A DNA stretch of 64,000 bases, taken from contig CBDANF010000003.1 in assembly GCA_965197475.1 (NCBI GenBank), positions 3,872,001 through 3,936,000 of the forward strand, in the 5' to 3' direction. The position numbers were made by a program, and so were the translations under genes. The stretch comes from Candidatus Poribacteria bacterium. Lineage in GTDB: Bacteria > Poribacteria > WGA-4E > WGA-3G. Below, piece after piece: positions 32,201 through 41,134 of this stretch; the stretch's first letter is position 1, and each line of letters opens with the position of its first letter. The notes beneath the pieces were generated by a model, which was not told where the DNA came from, searched no databases, and saw only the letters and a program-made list of their open reading frames with translations.

Positions 32201-34443
32201 TACTTAAGGAAATCTCGGAGTGCGTAAGGATTGAGAATTCCATAATTAAACTCATCATAAATATTCTGTACATCTGCCACTTTAGTGCGCATCCCTTGCT
32301 GGTTTCGGAATTCGGCAAGGGGTTGCACGTCTCGCATAAATTCTGTATCCGTAATGATGATGTAATCTGCACCGTTATGTAGACCGCGTAGGTCGGATGG
32401 TATATCCTTAATAATTTTCTTAGGTTTTCGGTATTTGTCTTTTGTGAGGGCAATATATTGGATAGCTGTGTTGAGGGGTAGCGGTTCATCAGGTTGGATT
32501 TGTGGCACGCCTCCGATACGTGATGATTGAAAATCAACACTGTAGACCCCCGGCATATCCTCATCTTCCATTGGAACAAAACCGATATAACGAGTGCCGT
32601 CAACACCATAAATTTTAATATTAGGGTTAGAGAAGCTTTTTAACTCAACTTTAAAATTAGGATTTATATTACCGGTTTCGTCATCAGGTATTAAGGTGAT
32701 TGAAAAGGGTAGGACACTGTTTACTGCTTCATACGTTCGCCAATAATCAATTTCAAACCAGTTCAACATAATGAGATCCAATCCTTGTCCTCCAGGGCTA
32801 ACCGCACCAATTGTATTCCTTCCGTTTTTGAGTATAGATTGTGAGATTTCTCGATTCTCAAATTGATATTCCGTATCCCCGATCCATCTTGGTGTTCCAA
32901 GCACAATATCATTATTCAACCACAGTTCCGTAAAATGTGCATCTTCTGATCTACCGTGCAATGCAACGCGTATAGTGGCAGACTGACCGGTTCCGGCAAC
33001 ACCTTTGATAAAAAAAGGAAAAGCCCTTGTTTCTGGCGCAGTGATTTGTGCCCAAAACCAACTGTCGTTTGGCAAATCAGGTAGAGTATTGAGAAGGAAA
33101 TGTCGTACTTGGATACTACCGCCAAAATCTTCGTACTCACTTCCTTCTGGTAGGCCAAAATTTTTAAAACGCCGTAACTGATTATCCTTTTCAAAGTGGG
33201 CGCGTGTGAGAAAGTTGTTAGGTTGATAGAGGGCGGGTGTATCTGTAGAAAATTCAGGTGTTTCTGTGGAAACCAATGTCGTTTCCATTCTGAGCCCCGG
33301 CCCTGCATTCCACGAAAGCCAATAGACATTTTCATCTGAATAGTGGTCAAAATAAGTTTTTTCACCACTATGACGTTCTCCGTAGAAGATGATTTCACCT
33401 TCTGCGTCAAACCCTATGGCACTATCTGCTGTGCTCCCGTTACCTGCGTTCCGCACGAAGATTGGAATCTGCTTCCCTTTGTTTGAAAGCGTCAATGTGG
33501 ATGGTCTGATAGTCGTTATATCAACACCAGCTGCTGCTAAATCGCTTGCTGCGATTCGGTACATACCGGACTCAGCGATAATGATTTTGTAGCGAGGTGA
33601 GGTGATTGCTGGGGCACTGGGTAAAGAGAAGAGAGAACTATCTCCAGTTAGTGTTCCAACTGTGGATGAATCGCTCCCTGGAATCGCATGCATAACTGAG
33701 GAACGCCACTGCTTAGCAGCTTGTGGATTAATCAGTAGATTTTTGAACATTTCCTCATAAACAGCAGATTCCGGACGAGGGAATCCTTGAATCGCTGACG
33801 GGGCGTTTGCTGATCCGTTGAATTGCACCTCAACTACAAGCCGATGGTAGAGTTTAACTACGCCGCTGACAGGATTATATTGAACAGGGTTTAGTTGAAT
33901 AGGAAGAACACGGTTTTCTCGAATCCAACCAGCTGTTCCAATTTTCGTAAGATTGCGTGGGAAAAATTGATTGGTAGTATATGCATTATTGGATCTTTGT
34001 CCTCGGTTTGATGCCTCTCTCTTGAAATCCCATCTGCTATTCGCTATCGTATGTTTTAGTTTATATGTGCTAAAATCTTCACTTTCAACGATGCGGACCG
34101 TAAAACTCGCGTCAGACGGAACCCCTATCAGTGTAGTTTGCATGGGCAGGCGGGGAATTCCTTGTTCAGTTGTGAAACGACATCCTGGGAATGAGAGTCT
34201 TTGAAACTGTTTGCCGTCGTGCTCCAATGTTTCAATCTCAAAATCTGATTTGGGAATAGTGAGTTGAATCGTAACCCCTTGTGGAGTTGCACTTATCAGT
34301 TGAATTTTTCCGCTGTCGGGTATTATCTCTTTCGCTGACGCTCGGTTAGTTTGGTCCGCTGCTGCCTCCAGCGGCATAACGTCACAGAATGATACAATCT
34401 TTAAAAGAATTAAAATTGCTGTTAGAAATGTAGTGTGTTTCAT
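29209..34443 (-). CDS. C25 (gingipain/PorU-like) cysteine peptidase with propeptide, CARDB/Ig domains and a FlgD/T9SS-type C-terminal domain
   Basis: Signal peptide; ADYIIIT, IYDEFNYG, YVLLVGD, IGRVP, NYIGHGG (His), SMTCFTG (Cys), LFGDPA; C-terminal NFPNPF…KIYTLTGKLI…LANGVYIY…GKIVVLK. Confidence 0.9.
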   Translation of the reverse strand: MKHTTFLTAILILLKIVSFCDVMPLEAAADQTNRASAKEIIPDSGKIQLISATPQGVTIQLTIPKSDFEIETLEHDGKQFQRLSFPGCRFTTEQGIPRLPMQTTLIGVPSDASFTVRIVESEDFSTYKLKHTIANSRWDFKREASNRGQRSNNAYTTNQFFPRNLTKIGTAGWIRENRVLPIQLNPVQYNPVSGVVKLYHRLVVEVQFNGSANAPSAIQGFPRPESAVYEEMFKNLLINPQAAKQWRSSVMHAIPGSDSSTVGTLTGDSSLFSLPSAPAITSPRYKIIIAESGMYRIAASDLAAAGVDITTIRPSTLTLSNKGKQIPIFVRNAGNGSTADSAIGFDAEGEIIFYGERHSGEKTYFDHYSDENVYWLSWNAGPGLRMETTLVSTETPEFSTDTPALYQPNNFLTRAHFEKDNQLRRFKNFGLPEGSEYEDFGGSIQVRHFLLNTLPDLPNDSWFWAQITAPETRAFPFFIKGVAGTGQSATIRVALHGRSEDAHFTELWLNNDIVLGTPRWIGDTEYQFENREISQSILKNGRNTIGAVSPGGQGLDLIMLNWFEIDYWRTYEAVNSVLPFSITLIPDDETGNINPNFKVELKSFSNPNIKIYGVDGTRYIGFVPMEDEDMPGVYSVDFQSSRIGGVPQIQPDEPLPLNTAIQYIALTKDKYRKPKKIIKDIPSDLRGLHNGADYIIITDTEFMRDVQPLAEFRNQQGMRTKVADVQNIYDEFNYGILNPYALRDFLKYAYQNWQPPAPTYVLLVGDTSLKDKIFFVPTTQVQVPGYGSSASDHQFVTFRGTDSFADMLIGRVPATNSVDVRIFVERAINYETTAEIGPWHKRILMLAGSDEEFHAQTDGLIDEKSLNAKYETKRIYAPPTVEEELSLGEGSTPVGRQVIDGFNDGACLVNYIGHGGGGVWSSSRMMDLEDPHKNLTNISQLPFVISMTCFTGEFDSPTGCLAEEFLRSESGGAIAVIGGTSIGLLVQDHILNEEIFKVIFSNNTQNVGAILAEAKTQFLINAPGYLDLADVFTLFGDPATRLRLPHTQLQVTVDVDEEVNQDGFKTETLLSVSGKLLNPDFNGDAEITVLPNMPDRNIKKRRPKRSPSDTVVQRSIDNAPRMETVAVVDGKFKAKIQIPFNSAFDAWNMRVYAWNAKEDAIGYTDYIPLERYIKNIRIEPYPVPLNQPVHFYVDVVNESAIDEITLYWSLYVIEDRRTEADPIRMVRHEGTTYRTEHPIPPYSSDKQIDYYLLVKPKTGRILQTEVVTYDVGKADLVVLEHTITWDTDAPFHLSAHIENQGSLFAKNVPVRFFQMPSTSNAETQEVTLETLQSATPIGNVQILREVPPEGRVTASVPWQPAPGTYLVTVFVDMPSEQQPDGILIEQSEHNNSASRKFENNRIFLAPENINKPIQSSDGIFRVTIPPGSLQTHTTMTFETKALTITNQPDIIHIPTVTEQTTPIVYSLDFNQQTELTGTATFLKTESEAAHIYMQDDETGNWIRVGKQIKNGETISAEVKLPGTFALLSHTDSERPSMELTVENQGFIDGDYISDTPTISARIEDANGIDPRPENIILTKNGNRVPQDEYTISASPTSSNILLITYTPLNPLQVGKYRIRLQAQDANGNVADTERIARVSGGFEIKNIANFPNPFRPGQGAGKGTDFAYYLTTSADKVSLKIYTLTGKLITTVDTLDAATSYNEYHYDGLDADGEPLANGVYIYKFTATKGDVRAQKVGKIVVLK

Positions 34444-34487
34444 TTTATAACCAGATATTCAGGGGAACGAGAGAATGAGGAATTCTC

Positions 34488-35171
34488 TCACTTGTTTTTT
34501 GCGAGGTGGTAGACCTCAATTTCTCGGATTTGGGCTATTGATGGTTGAATGACTCGGTGGTGCGGAAAGTATTGGCCTCCTATCATTTGACGTTCGTTTA
34601 CCACTCTGTCGCCAGGATCAAGGACAACTTTGTTCACAACGATGTCATCTACAGTCCGAGTAACAACTATCCGGACCATCTGCGTGTGAAAGTTCAACCT
34701 ATCAAAAACGAATTTGGATTGTGCACGCTTGCCTTCTAAGTCGCGCCGCTGAACAACAGAATGGAAAGTTTCCCATTCATCTGTTTCAGGGTTCAGATAT
34801 TCCATCTCAAACCGAAATAGATTCTCGTTGTGAATGACGATTTTTCGGACAGGATGTACGTCTGTAAATCGAATGATGAAGTTACGCACATTCTTCGCGG
34901 GAAGGGTTGCTACAGTTTGGAGGTTGCCATCGTTCATACCCGGGTGGTTCGCTTCCGTGCCGTAGTTGGCTCGCGCGATATTTTCACTGTACTGCGTTGA
35001 CAATAGCGCAGCAAGTCGGCAAGCATTAAGATTTAAACAGATAAAAAATAGACTGAGTACGTAGAATACATTTTTCCACCAAGTTACATCTGTATAGGTT
35101 TTCGTGAAAATAGAACAACGTGGTAAGTTTCGGAAAAGTTTTACGAAACTTTTTCTGTTTACTCGTCCCAT
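34488..35171 (-). CDS. Hypothetical protein, possible lipoprotein
   Basis: Hydrophobic stretch ending LNAC; beta-rich, ends IREIEVY (discoidin-like); start uncertain. Confidence 0.6.
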   Translation of the reverse strand: MGRVNRKSFVKLFRNLPRCSIFTKTYTDVTWWKNVFYVLSLFFICLNLNACRLAALLSTQYSENIARANYGTEANHPGMNDGNLQTVATLPAKNVRNFIIRFTDVHPVRKIVIHNENLFRFEMEYLNPETDEWETFHSVVQRRDLEGKRAQSKFVFDRLNFHTQMVRIVVTRTVDDIVVNKVVLDPGDRVVNERQMIGGQYFPHHRVIQPSIAQIREIEVYHLAKNK

Positions 35172-35455
35172 TTTGTTTCCTCCAGAAATTCTACATCAAA
35201 ATGATCTACAATGCCCATTATAAGTTCCCGGATTGGTGCGTTTTCTATACCGAAAACCTCTTGCGCAACGCCAGGACCGGCACCTACAATCACCGTGTCA
35301 CCTTCACCTGCGCCCACATAATCAACAGCAATTGTTGGTGTGCGAACGAGTTCGGATCTTAGACTCAACGGTTGGACAAGCAGCAACGTTCGATTTTGAT
35401 ATGCCGGATGCTTAATCACTGAAACTACTTTGCCAATTACTTTTGCTAAGTACAT
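35159..35455 (-). CDS. EutN/CcmL microcompartment vertex (BMC-P) protein
   Basis: MYLAKVIGKVVSVIKHP…AVDYVGAGEGDTV…IMGIVD. Confidence 0.92.
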   Translation of the reverse strand: MYLAKVIGKVVSVIKHPAYQNRTLLLVQPLSLRSELVRTPTIAVDYVGAGEGDTVIVGAGPGVAQEVFGIENAPIRELIMGIVDHFDVEFLEETKWDE

Positions 35456-35490
35456 AAAAACCTTAATCTCGCGATATATTTGGATAGTGT

Positions 35491-35772
35491 TTAACTCAGT
35501 TCTTCAAGCAGAGAGACCGAATCCACAATACCAACAATCGCTACATCTACCGGCATCCGCTTTCCGGGCATAACACCTACAGCATCTCCCCCAGTAACGA
35601 TATAGACGATTTCTCCTACCCCTGCGTCCTGTAACGTATCAACTGCAACGAGAGGCGCGGAAATAGGGTTCTGTTTTTCATCTAAAGGTTCCACGATGAG
35701 AAGACGTGTGCCTTCTAAGCTCGGGTCCTTTCGGGTCGCGACAACGGTTCCAATTACTTTTCCTATATCCAT
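35491..35772 (-). CDS. EutN/CcmL microcompartment vertex (BMC-P) protein
   Basis: GKVIGTVVATRKDPSLEG…AGVGEIV…PVDVAIVGIVD. Confidence 0.93.
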   Translation of the reverse strand: MDIGKVIGTVVATRKDPSLEGTRLLIVEPLDEKQNPISAPLVAVDTLQDAGVGEIVYIVTGGDAVGVMPGKRMPVDVAIVGIVDSVSLLEELS

Positions 35773-35810
35773 TAGTATTATCTCATTTTGATTTAATTCA
35801 TTTAAATTTA

Positions 35811-35932
35811 CAGGGCTTACGCAATGTGTTTAAAAGTCCCACTGATAAGGGGGATTTAGGGGGTTAAAAGCACCAATTCTGCCTATTTAACCCCCTAACC
35901 CCCCTTATCAAGGGGGCAATGCGAAAGTCCTG
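35811..35932. mobile_element. MITE (122 bp)
   Basis: IRs CAGGGCTTACGCA / TGCGAAAGTCCTG; 5-bp direct repeat ATTTA on both sides; internal AAGGGGGATTTAGGGGG / CCCCCTAACCCCCCTT palindrome. Confidence 0.75.
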
Positions 35933-35944
35933 ATTTATAAACTG

Positions 35945-37378
35945 TTATTTGATGCCATATTCGTTTAACTTTGTATGAAGCGTGTTTCGGTTGATTCCAA
36001 GTATCTCTGAAGCTTTGCTGCGATTTCCCTCAGTATGTTCAAGGACAATTTCAAAGAGCGGCTTCTCAAAAATCGATCGAATTGCGGCGTACAATTCTCC
36101 AGCATCTGCTTCAGATTCCAGATAACGCATCACTTCACCCTGAAGTAGCGCGTAAATCTGTTGATCCAAGTTTTGATGATCTATCGTGCTATTTGTAAGC
36201 GGTTTCTCGAAAATTTGTGAAAAATGTTCTGTAAGTAACATCTGCCCAGAGCACATCACAAGGGCGCGTTTGATAACATTTTCAAGCTCGCGAACGTTTC
36301 CGGGCCACTCATACGCAATAAGTTTCTTTATTGTATCAGAGGCGATCCCAATTTTGGGAAGTTGATATTCCTGAGCGAATCGGCTTGTAAATAGGTCAAT
36401 AAGTTCTGGAATATCCTCTTTTCTTTCTTTGAGAGGGGGTAACGAAATAGGTACAACATTCAAACGGTAGTAGAGATCGTCTCGAAATTTCTTTTGTGCT
36501 ATTGCAGCGTCCAGTTTTCGGTTAGTTGCAGCAATAATTCGCACGTTCACTGATCGCGTCTCATTGCTACCCACCGGTTCTATTTCTCGTTCCTGAAGAA
36601 CACGTAACAATTTCATTTGCACATCAATAGGCAATTCACCCACTTCATCAAGAAAAATTGTTCCGCTATCCGCCTGTTCAAACTTACCCTTACGGTCGGC
36701 ATGAGCATCTGTGAATGCACCTTTGACGTGCCCAAAAAGTGTGCTTTCAATAAGACCCGGAGGTATAGCACTACAATCAACCACGACAAACGGATTTTCA
36801 TTGCGTGGACTATTTTGATGAATCAGTTCCGCTACCAATTCTTTACCTGTGCCGCTTTCACCCATAATGAGCACGGTTTCACCACTGACTGCAGCACGTC
36901 CAATAATCTGATAAACAGTTTGCATCGCAGGACTCTGCCCCACCATTCTTCCTTGTCCATCAATCGTTTGTGCTGTTTGTGCGACACTGATCTCCGTTTC
37001 CTCTTTCGTAATACTTGCTGCAGATGCTGCACGGTTGACCAGATCAAGTAGTTCATTTCGGTCAATAGGTTTTGTAAGGTAACTATATGCGCGGCGTTTG
37101 GCAGCTTCAATCGCAGTTTGTGTTGTTCCGTGTCCAGTGATGATAATAATTGCCGCAGTCGGATTCAATCCCTGAATAGATTCTATCAACTCCAGTCCGT
37201 CTGCATCTCCTAAGAAGATATCCAGAAGGATTACATCAAACTCGTTTGTCTCAACGCAATCAATAGCCTCTTTCCCATTTCGTGCTTTGACAGTATAATA
37301 GCCTGCTTTTTCAAGCGCGGCACTTAAGACTAAACGTAGACTGTGGTCGTCATCGGCAATTAAGACTGAATAAGGCAT
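35945..37378 (-). CDS. NtrC-family sigma-54-dependent response regulator
   Basis: Receiver domain, GESGTGKE, GAFTDA, WPGNVRELEN, Fis-type HTH. Confidence 0.95.
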   Translation of the reverse strand: MPYSVLIADDDHSLRLVLSAALEKAGYYTVKARNGKEAIDCVETNEFDVILLDIFLGDADGLELIESIQGLNPTAAIIIITGHGTTQTAIEAAKRRAYSYLTKPIDRNELLDLVNRAASAASITKEETEISVAQTAQTIDGQGRMVGQSPAMQTVYQIIGRAAVSGETVLIMGESGTGKELVAELIHQNSPRNENPFVVVDCSAIPPGLIESTLFGHVKGAFTDAHADRKGKFEQADSGTIFLDEVGELPIDVQMKLLRVLQEREIEPVGSNETRSVNVRIIAATNRKLDAAIAQKKFRDDLYYRLNVVPISLPPLKERKEDIPELIDLFTSRFAQEYQLPKIGIASDTIKKLIAYEWPGNVRELENVIKRALVMCSGQMLLTEHFSQIFEKPLTNSTIDHQNLDQQIYALLQGEVMRYLESEADAGELYAAIRSIFEKPLFEIVLEHTEGNRSKASEILGINRNTLHTKLNEYGIK

Positions 37379-37483
37379 AAATTGTCCTCACTTTTCAGAT
37401 TTATGAGAGACACTAAAATTGAAAGTTGCAATACCCATTGAGGTATTCTTCTTTTAATACCTCTGTTTTAAAGGAAATCTACC

Positions 37484-40400
37484 CTAACTTGGCTCTTCCG
37501 AACGGTCAAGCAGTTCTTTGAGGTCATAGTTTACACTTGTTACACCGAAGTCCAAATCTTTCTCAAATGGCTTTCGAATGTAGTGGATTTCTTTGGCTGC
37601 CTCATCTTCTACTACAACGATTGCGAGAATGAAACTGTCCGGCTTGTTGAGGGCAGTAAGAATCTGTGTTTTAGAAATAGTAACAGTCGTAGCGTCCTTG
37701 GACTTTCCTTTCACCTCAATAAAACGCAACTGATTAGTCTTTGAATCTTTAGACTCAATATCAAAGCCAGGATTTTGATGAGGCATCTCTTTAGGTTCGT
37801 GACCAAGATCACGTTCCGCTTCCATAACAGCATCGACTGCAAGCCTATCAATCCGTGCCCTGTCAGTTTGTAAAATATCAACGGGGACAGATTCGTCTTC
37901 ATCGGATGTATCCAATAAACACTGCGGCACAATAAGCGCGCCACCAATCACTTGCGGTGGCATTGCTGAAATATGTAGTTCCTGCTCCGCTTCTTCTACC
38001 CGTTTATTTAGCCTTGCCCTGAACTCATCAACTCGTTGTTCTGCATTTTCCATTTTCCTTTTTACCTTTGCCGGGTCTACTTCATATCTTGTACGATCTG
38101 CTTCTGTGAGGCTTTCAATCCATTCTTCGAATTCTTTACCCTGTTTGACTATGTCTTCCCAATAGTTTACCTCATATTGTAGTCTTTTCTGAACTGCATC
38201 CATTCTCTTGTGGACTAAATTCTCTCTATGCTCCTTTACTCGGCTAAGTTGCTGTGGGATAAGGCGTTTTACCGCATAATTCTTAATTTCCGATTCTAAA
38301 TCCTCGTTTAGCCAATCTGCTTCTAACAAAGGGTAAACCTGTGGTAACTCCGCTTCAGTTATCGGACGGTAGTCAAGATAGGGAGCATACCCCGGATTAC
38401 TAATGTTTTTATTGCTATCAATTTCAACGAATAGGAGTTCCTGTGAAATCTTATTGCGTTTTCCATCGCGATTTATTCGTCCATCTTGAATAGCACATTC
38501 GAGGTAGAATAAAACACGGACACCTTTATTTTGTTCATTCGGGTCAACCAAAACTGCTCCTTGTTTGAGCAGATTACGATTGCCTTCTAAAATCGCTTCT
38601 AATGTTGCATCAAGTAACGGGCTCCCAGGAAAAATAAACTCCGCTTGCGGTTTTTTTCGGAATATCTATCTTATCCTTTTCAAACGTAATCCGATCATAT
38701 TTGCCTGGTATCCGTATATCCCGATTACGTATGTCAGCCGGGACATAATTAATTCTATAGCGTCCCGGCTCGTCTTCATATAAATTGCCATTCAGAGAGG
38801 AAAACGCTTTACAGAAAAAGGAAGCGACAAAGTGAGGTTGTAAACGACGGGTTTCCGCCCGTTCCATTTCTTCACGAATGTGTCCGATCCGTGATATGTC
38901 AATTATGCCGTGACTCAAAACATTTTCATCCATCAATTCTCGTAAATGCTCTGTATCAAATTTACCTTCAATTTTCTTCTCCAACTCTGCTTTGACTTCC
39001 GGGTTGTCGCCTTCACGAATAGCTTCAATCAGAAGTTTTCGCAGCGACGTGGCAGGAAAACATTTGCCAAGCACATCAAAAACAGCAGGCCCCAGGGCCT
39101 CAGCTTGCTGTTCAATCTTATAAAGTAGTGTCTGAAAAACTTCACCCTCACGTGTTTCTGAGGCAACAAGATTCCAGAGATGACACATTTCTGTTTGTCC
39201 AATGCGGTGTATACGACCAAAACGTTGTTCAATACGGTTCGGGTTCCATGGAAGATCGTAGTTCACCATCAGATGCGCACGTTGTAAGTTTATACCTTCA
39301 GCTGCTGCATCAGTTGCAACCAGCACTTGCACGTCTGGGTCTTGCCGGAACGCTTCCTGTATTTTACTACGGTCTGCGATTCGCGTATCGCCGCTAATCG
39401 TGACAACAGCCTCATTACGCCCAAGCAACGTCCGGATCCGGTTTGTCAAATAATGCAGCGTATCCCGATGCTCAGTGAAAATAATCAGCTTGCGACGGTG
39501 CCCTTGCGGATCGAATAACTCTTTAGCAGCTGCCGCTTCGCTTTCACCTTTTAGAAGATTTGACAACTCCTCCCACTTCCGATCTGTGCCACTTTCGCGA
39601 ACACGTTGGGCAAGACTCTCCAACCGACAGAGCGTCTGAATCTCAGCTTTCAACTCATTAATATTTTCCGCTGCAGTCGTATTCGATACGATTTTTTCCT
39701 CAGTCTCTTCTACTTCTTTAGTTGTCGATTCATCAAAAAAATTGTCCACGTCCTCATCATCTGAAAAAGAAAGCGGTAAATCCTTTTCTCTTTCTAATTT
39801 TCCATTGTTCTGTTCTTCCTCCAACCGATCCTCTAATCTATTCCGACGATTTTGAATGGAACGATAAATCGCTTCTGGTGATGACGCAAGTCGACGCTGT
39901 AAGATCGTTAGAGCGAAACTAACCCTGTTTACGCGTTGCTTGTCAAGACGGTCTGCACGATTCATCTCTACACGAACGTATTCTGTTACGCTATCGTAGA
40001 GACGTTTTTCTAAATATGAGAGTTCATAGTTTATCGTATACGCACGCCGTTCTGGGAATAAACGTGTCCCATCAAACTTTAACAAGTCTTCTTTGACCAT
40101 TCTACGCATCAAATCAGAGGTATCCACACGATGAACACCATCTCGGAAACGTCCTTCAAAACGATCCGCGTCTAATAATGCCATGAAAAGTTGAAAATCT
40201 TCCTCCTTGCCATTATGAGGGGTAGCCGTTAGCAGGAGAAAGTGTCTTGTCTGTTTACTCAGTAGTTCTCCAAGACGATAACGTTTTGTCGTTTGCAATT
40301 TACGCCCAGAGAATGTAGCAGACATCTTATGTGCTTCATCGCACACGATTATATCCCAATCCGCTTCTTTTATTTTTTCTTGAATAGCCTCGTTACGACT

Positions 40401-41024
40401 CAACTGATCTAGCCTACAAATCAGTAGATTCTTTACCACAAACGGATTTACGGCGGGCACAGCTGAATTATCAGGGGTAAGAATTTCAAAGGACAAATGA
40501 AAACGACGATACATTTCATCACGCCACTGTTCTACAAGACTACCCGGACATACAATCATGCACCTTTCCAAATCACCCCGCACAATAAGCTCTTTCAAAT
40601 ACAGTCCCGTCATGATTGTTTTTCCGGCACCGGGATCATCCGCAAGGAGATACCGCAGCGGTTGACGAGGCAGCATTTCTTCATACACTGCTGTAATCTG
40701 ATGAGGCAACGGAACCACTTGTGAGGTATGCACCGCAAGCAACGGATCAAATAGGTATGATAATTGAATGCGATAGGCTTCGGATATAAGCCGAAACATC
40801 TCACCGTCTCCATCAAAACGCCACGGTAATTCCTCAATCACAATTTCAAGTGAGGCTTCTCTATCCCGGTAAAGAAGTTCAATACGAGGTGTACCATGTG
40901 AATCTTTGTAAACAAGTTCAACAGCATCATCTCCTTGCAGAGTCGCAGATACTACTGTCACTTGTTCGTCGGGTAATATGCCTTTAACTATGATACCAGG
41001 CTGGAGTTCTTCTAAACGTGTCAA
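37484..41024 (-). pseudogene. SNF2-family helicase with C-terminal DUF3883 (PD-(D/E)XK-like) domain, split by a frameshift
   Basis: LLADDPGAGKT, DEAH, TATPH, YDLPWNPNRIEQRFGRIHRIGQ; C-terminal part GFDIES…FIEVKG; T7 run at 38651-38657, where T6 would restore PKKPQAEFIFPGSPLL…GAVLVDP. Confidence 0.85.
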
Positions 41025-41134
41025 TTTGAGTGTCCTTTCGTTTTAGGTTAAGTCAAACTGCGGATGTGATGGCTATTTGTGCTTCCGGTTTTAGTTGAAA
41101 TTTTGTTCTTCGTTCACGTTGATCCAATTGATTT

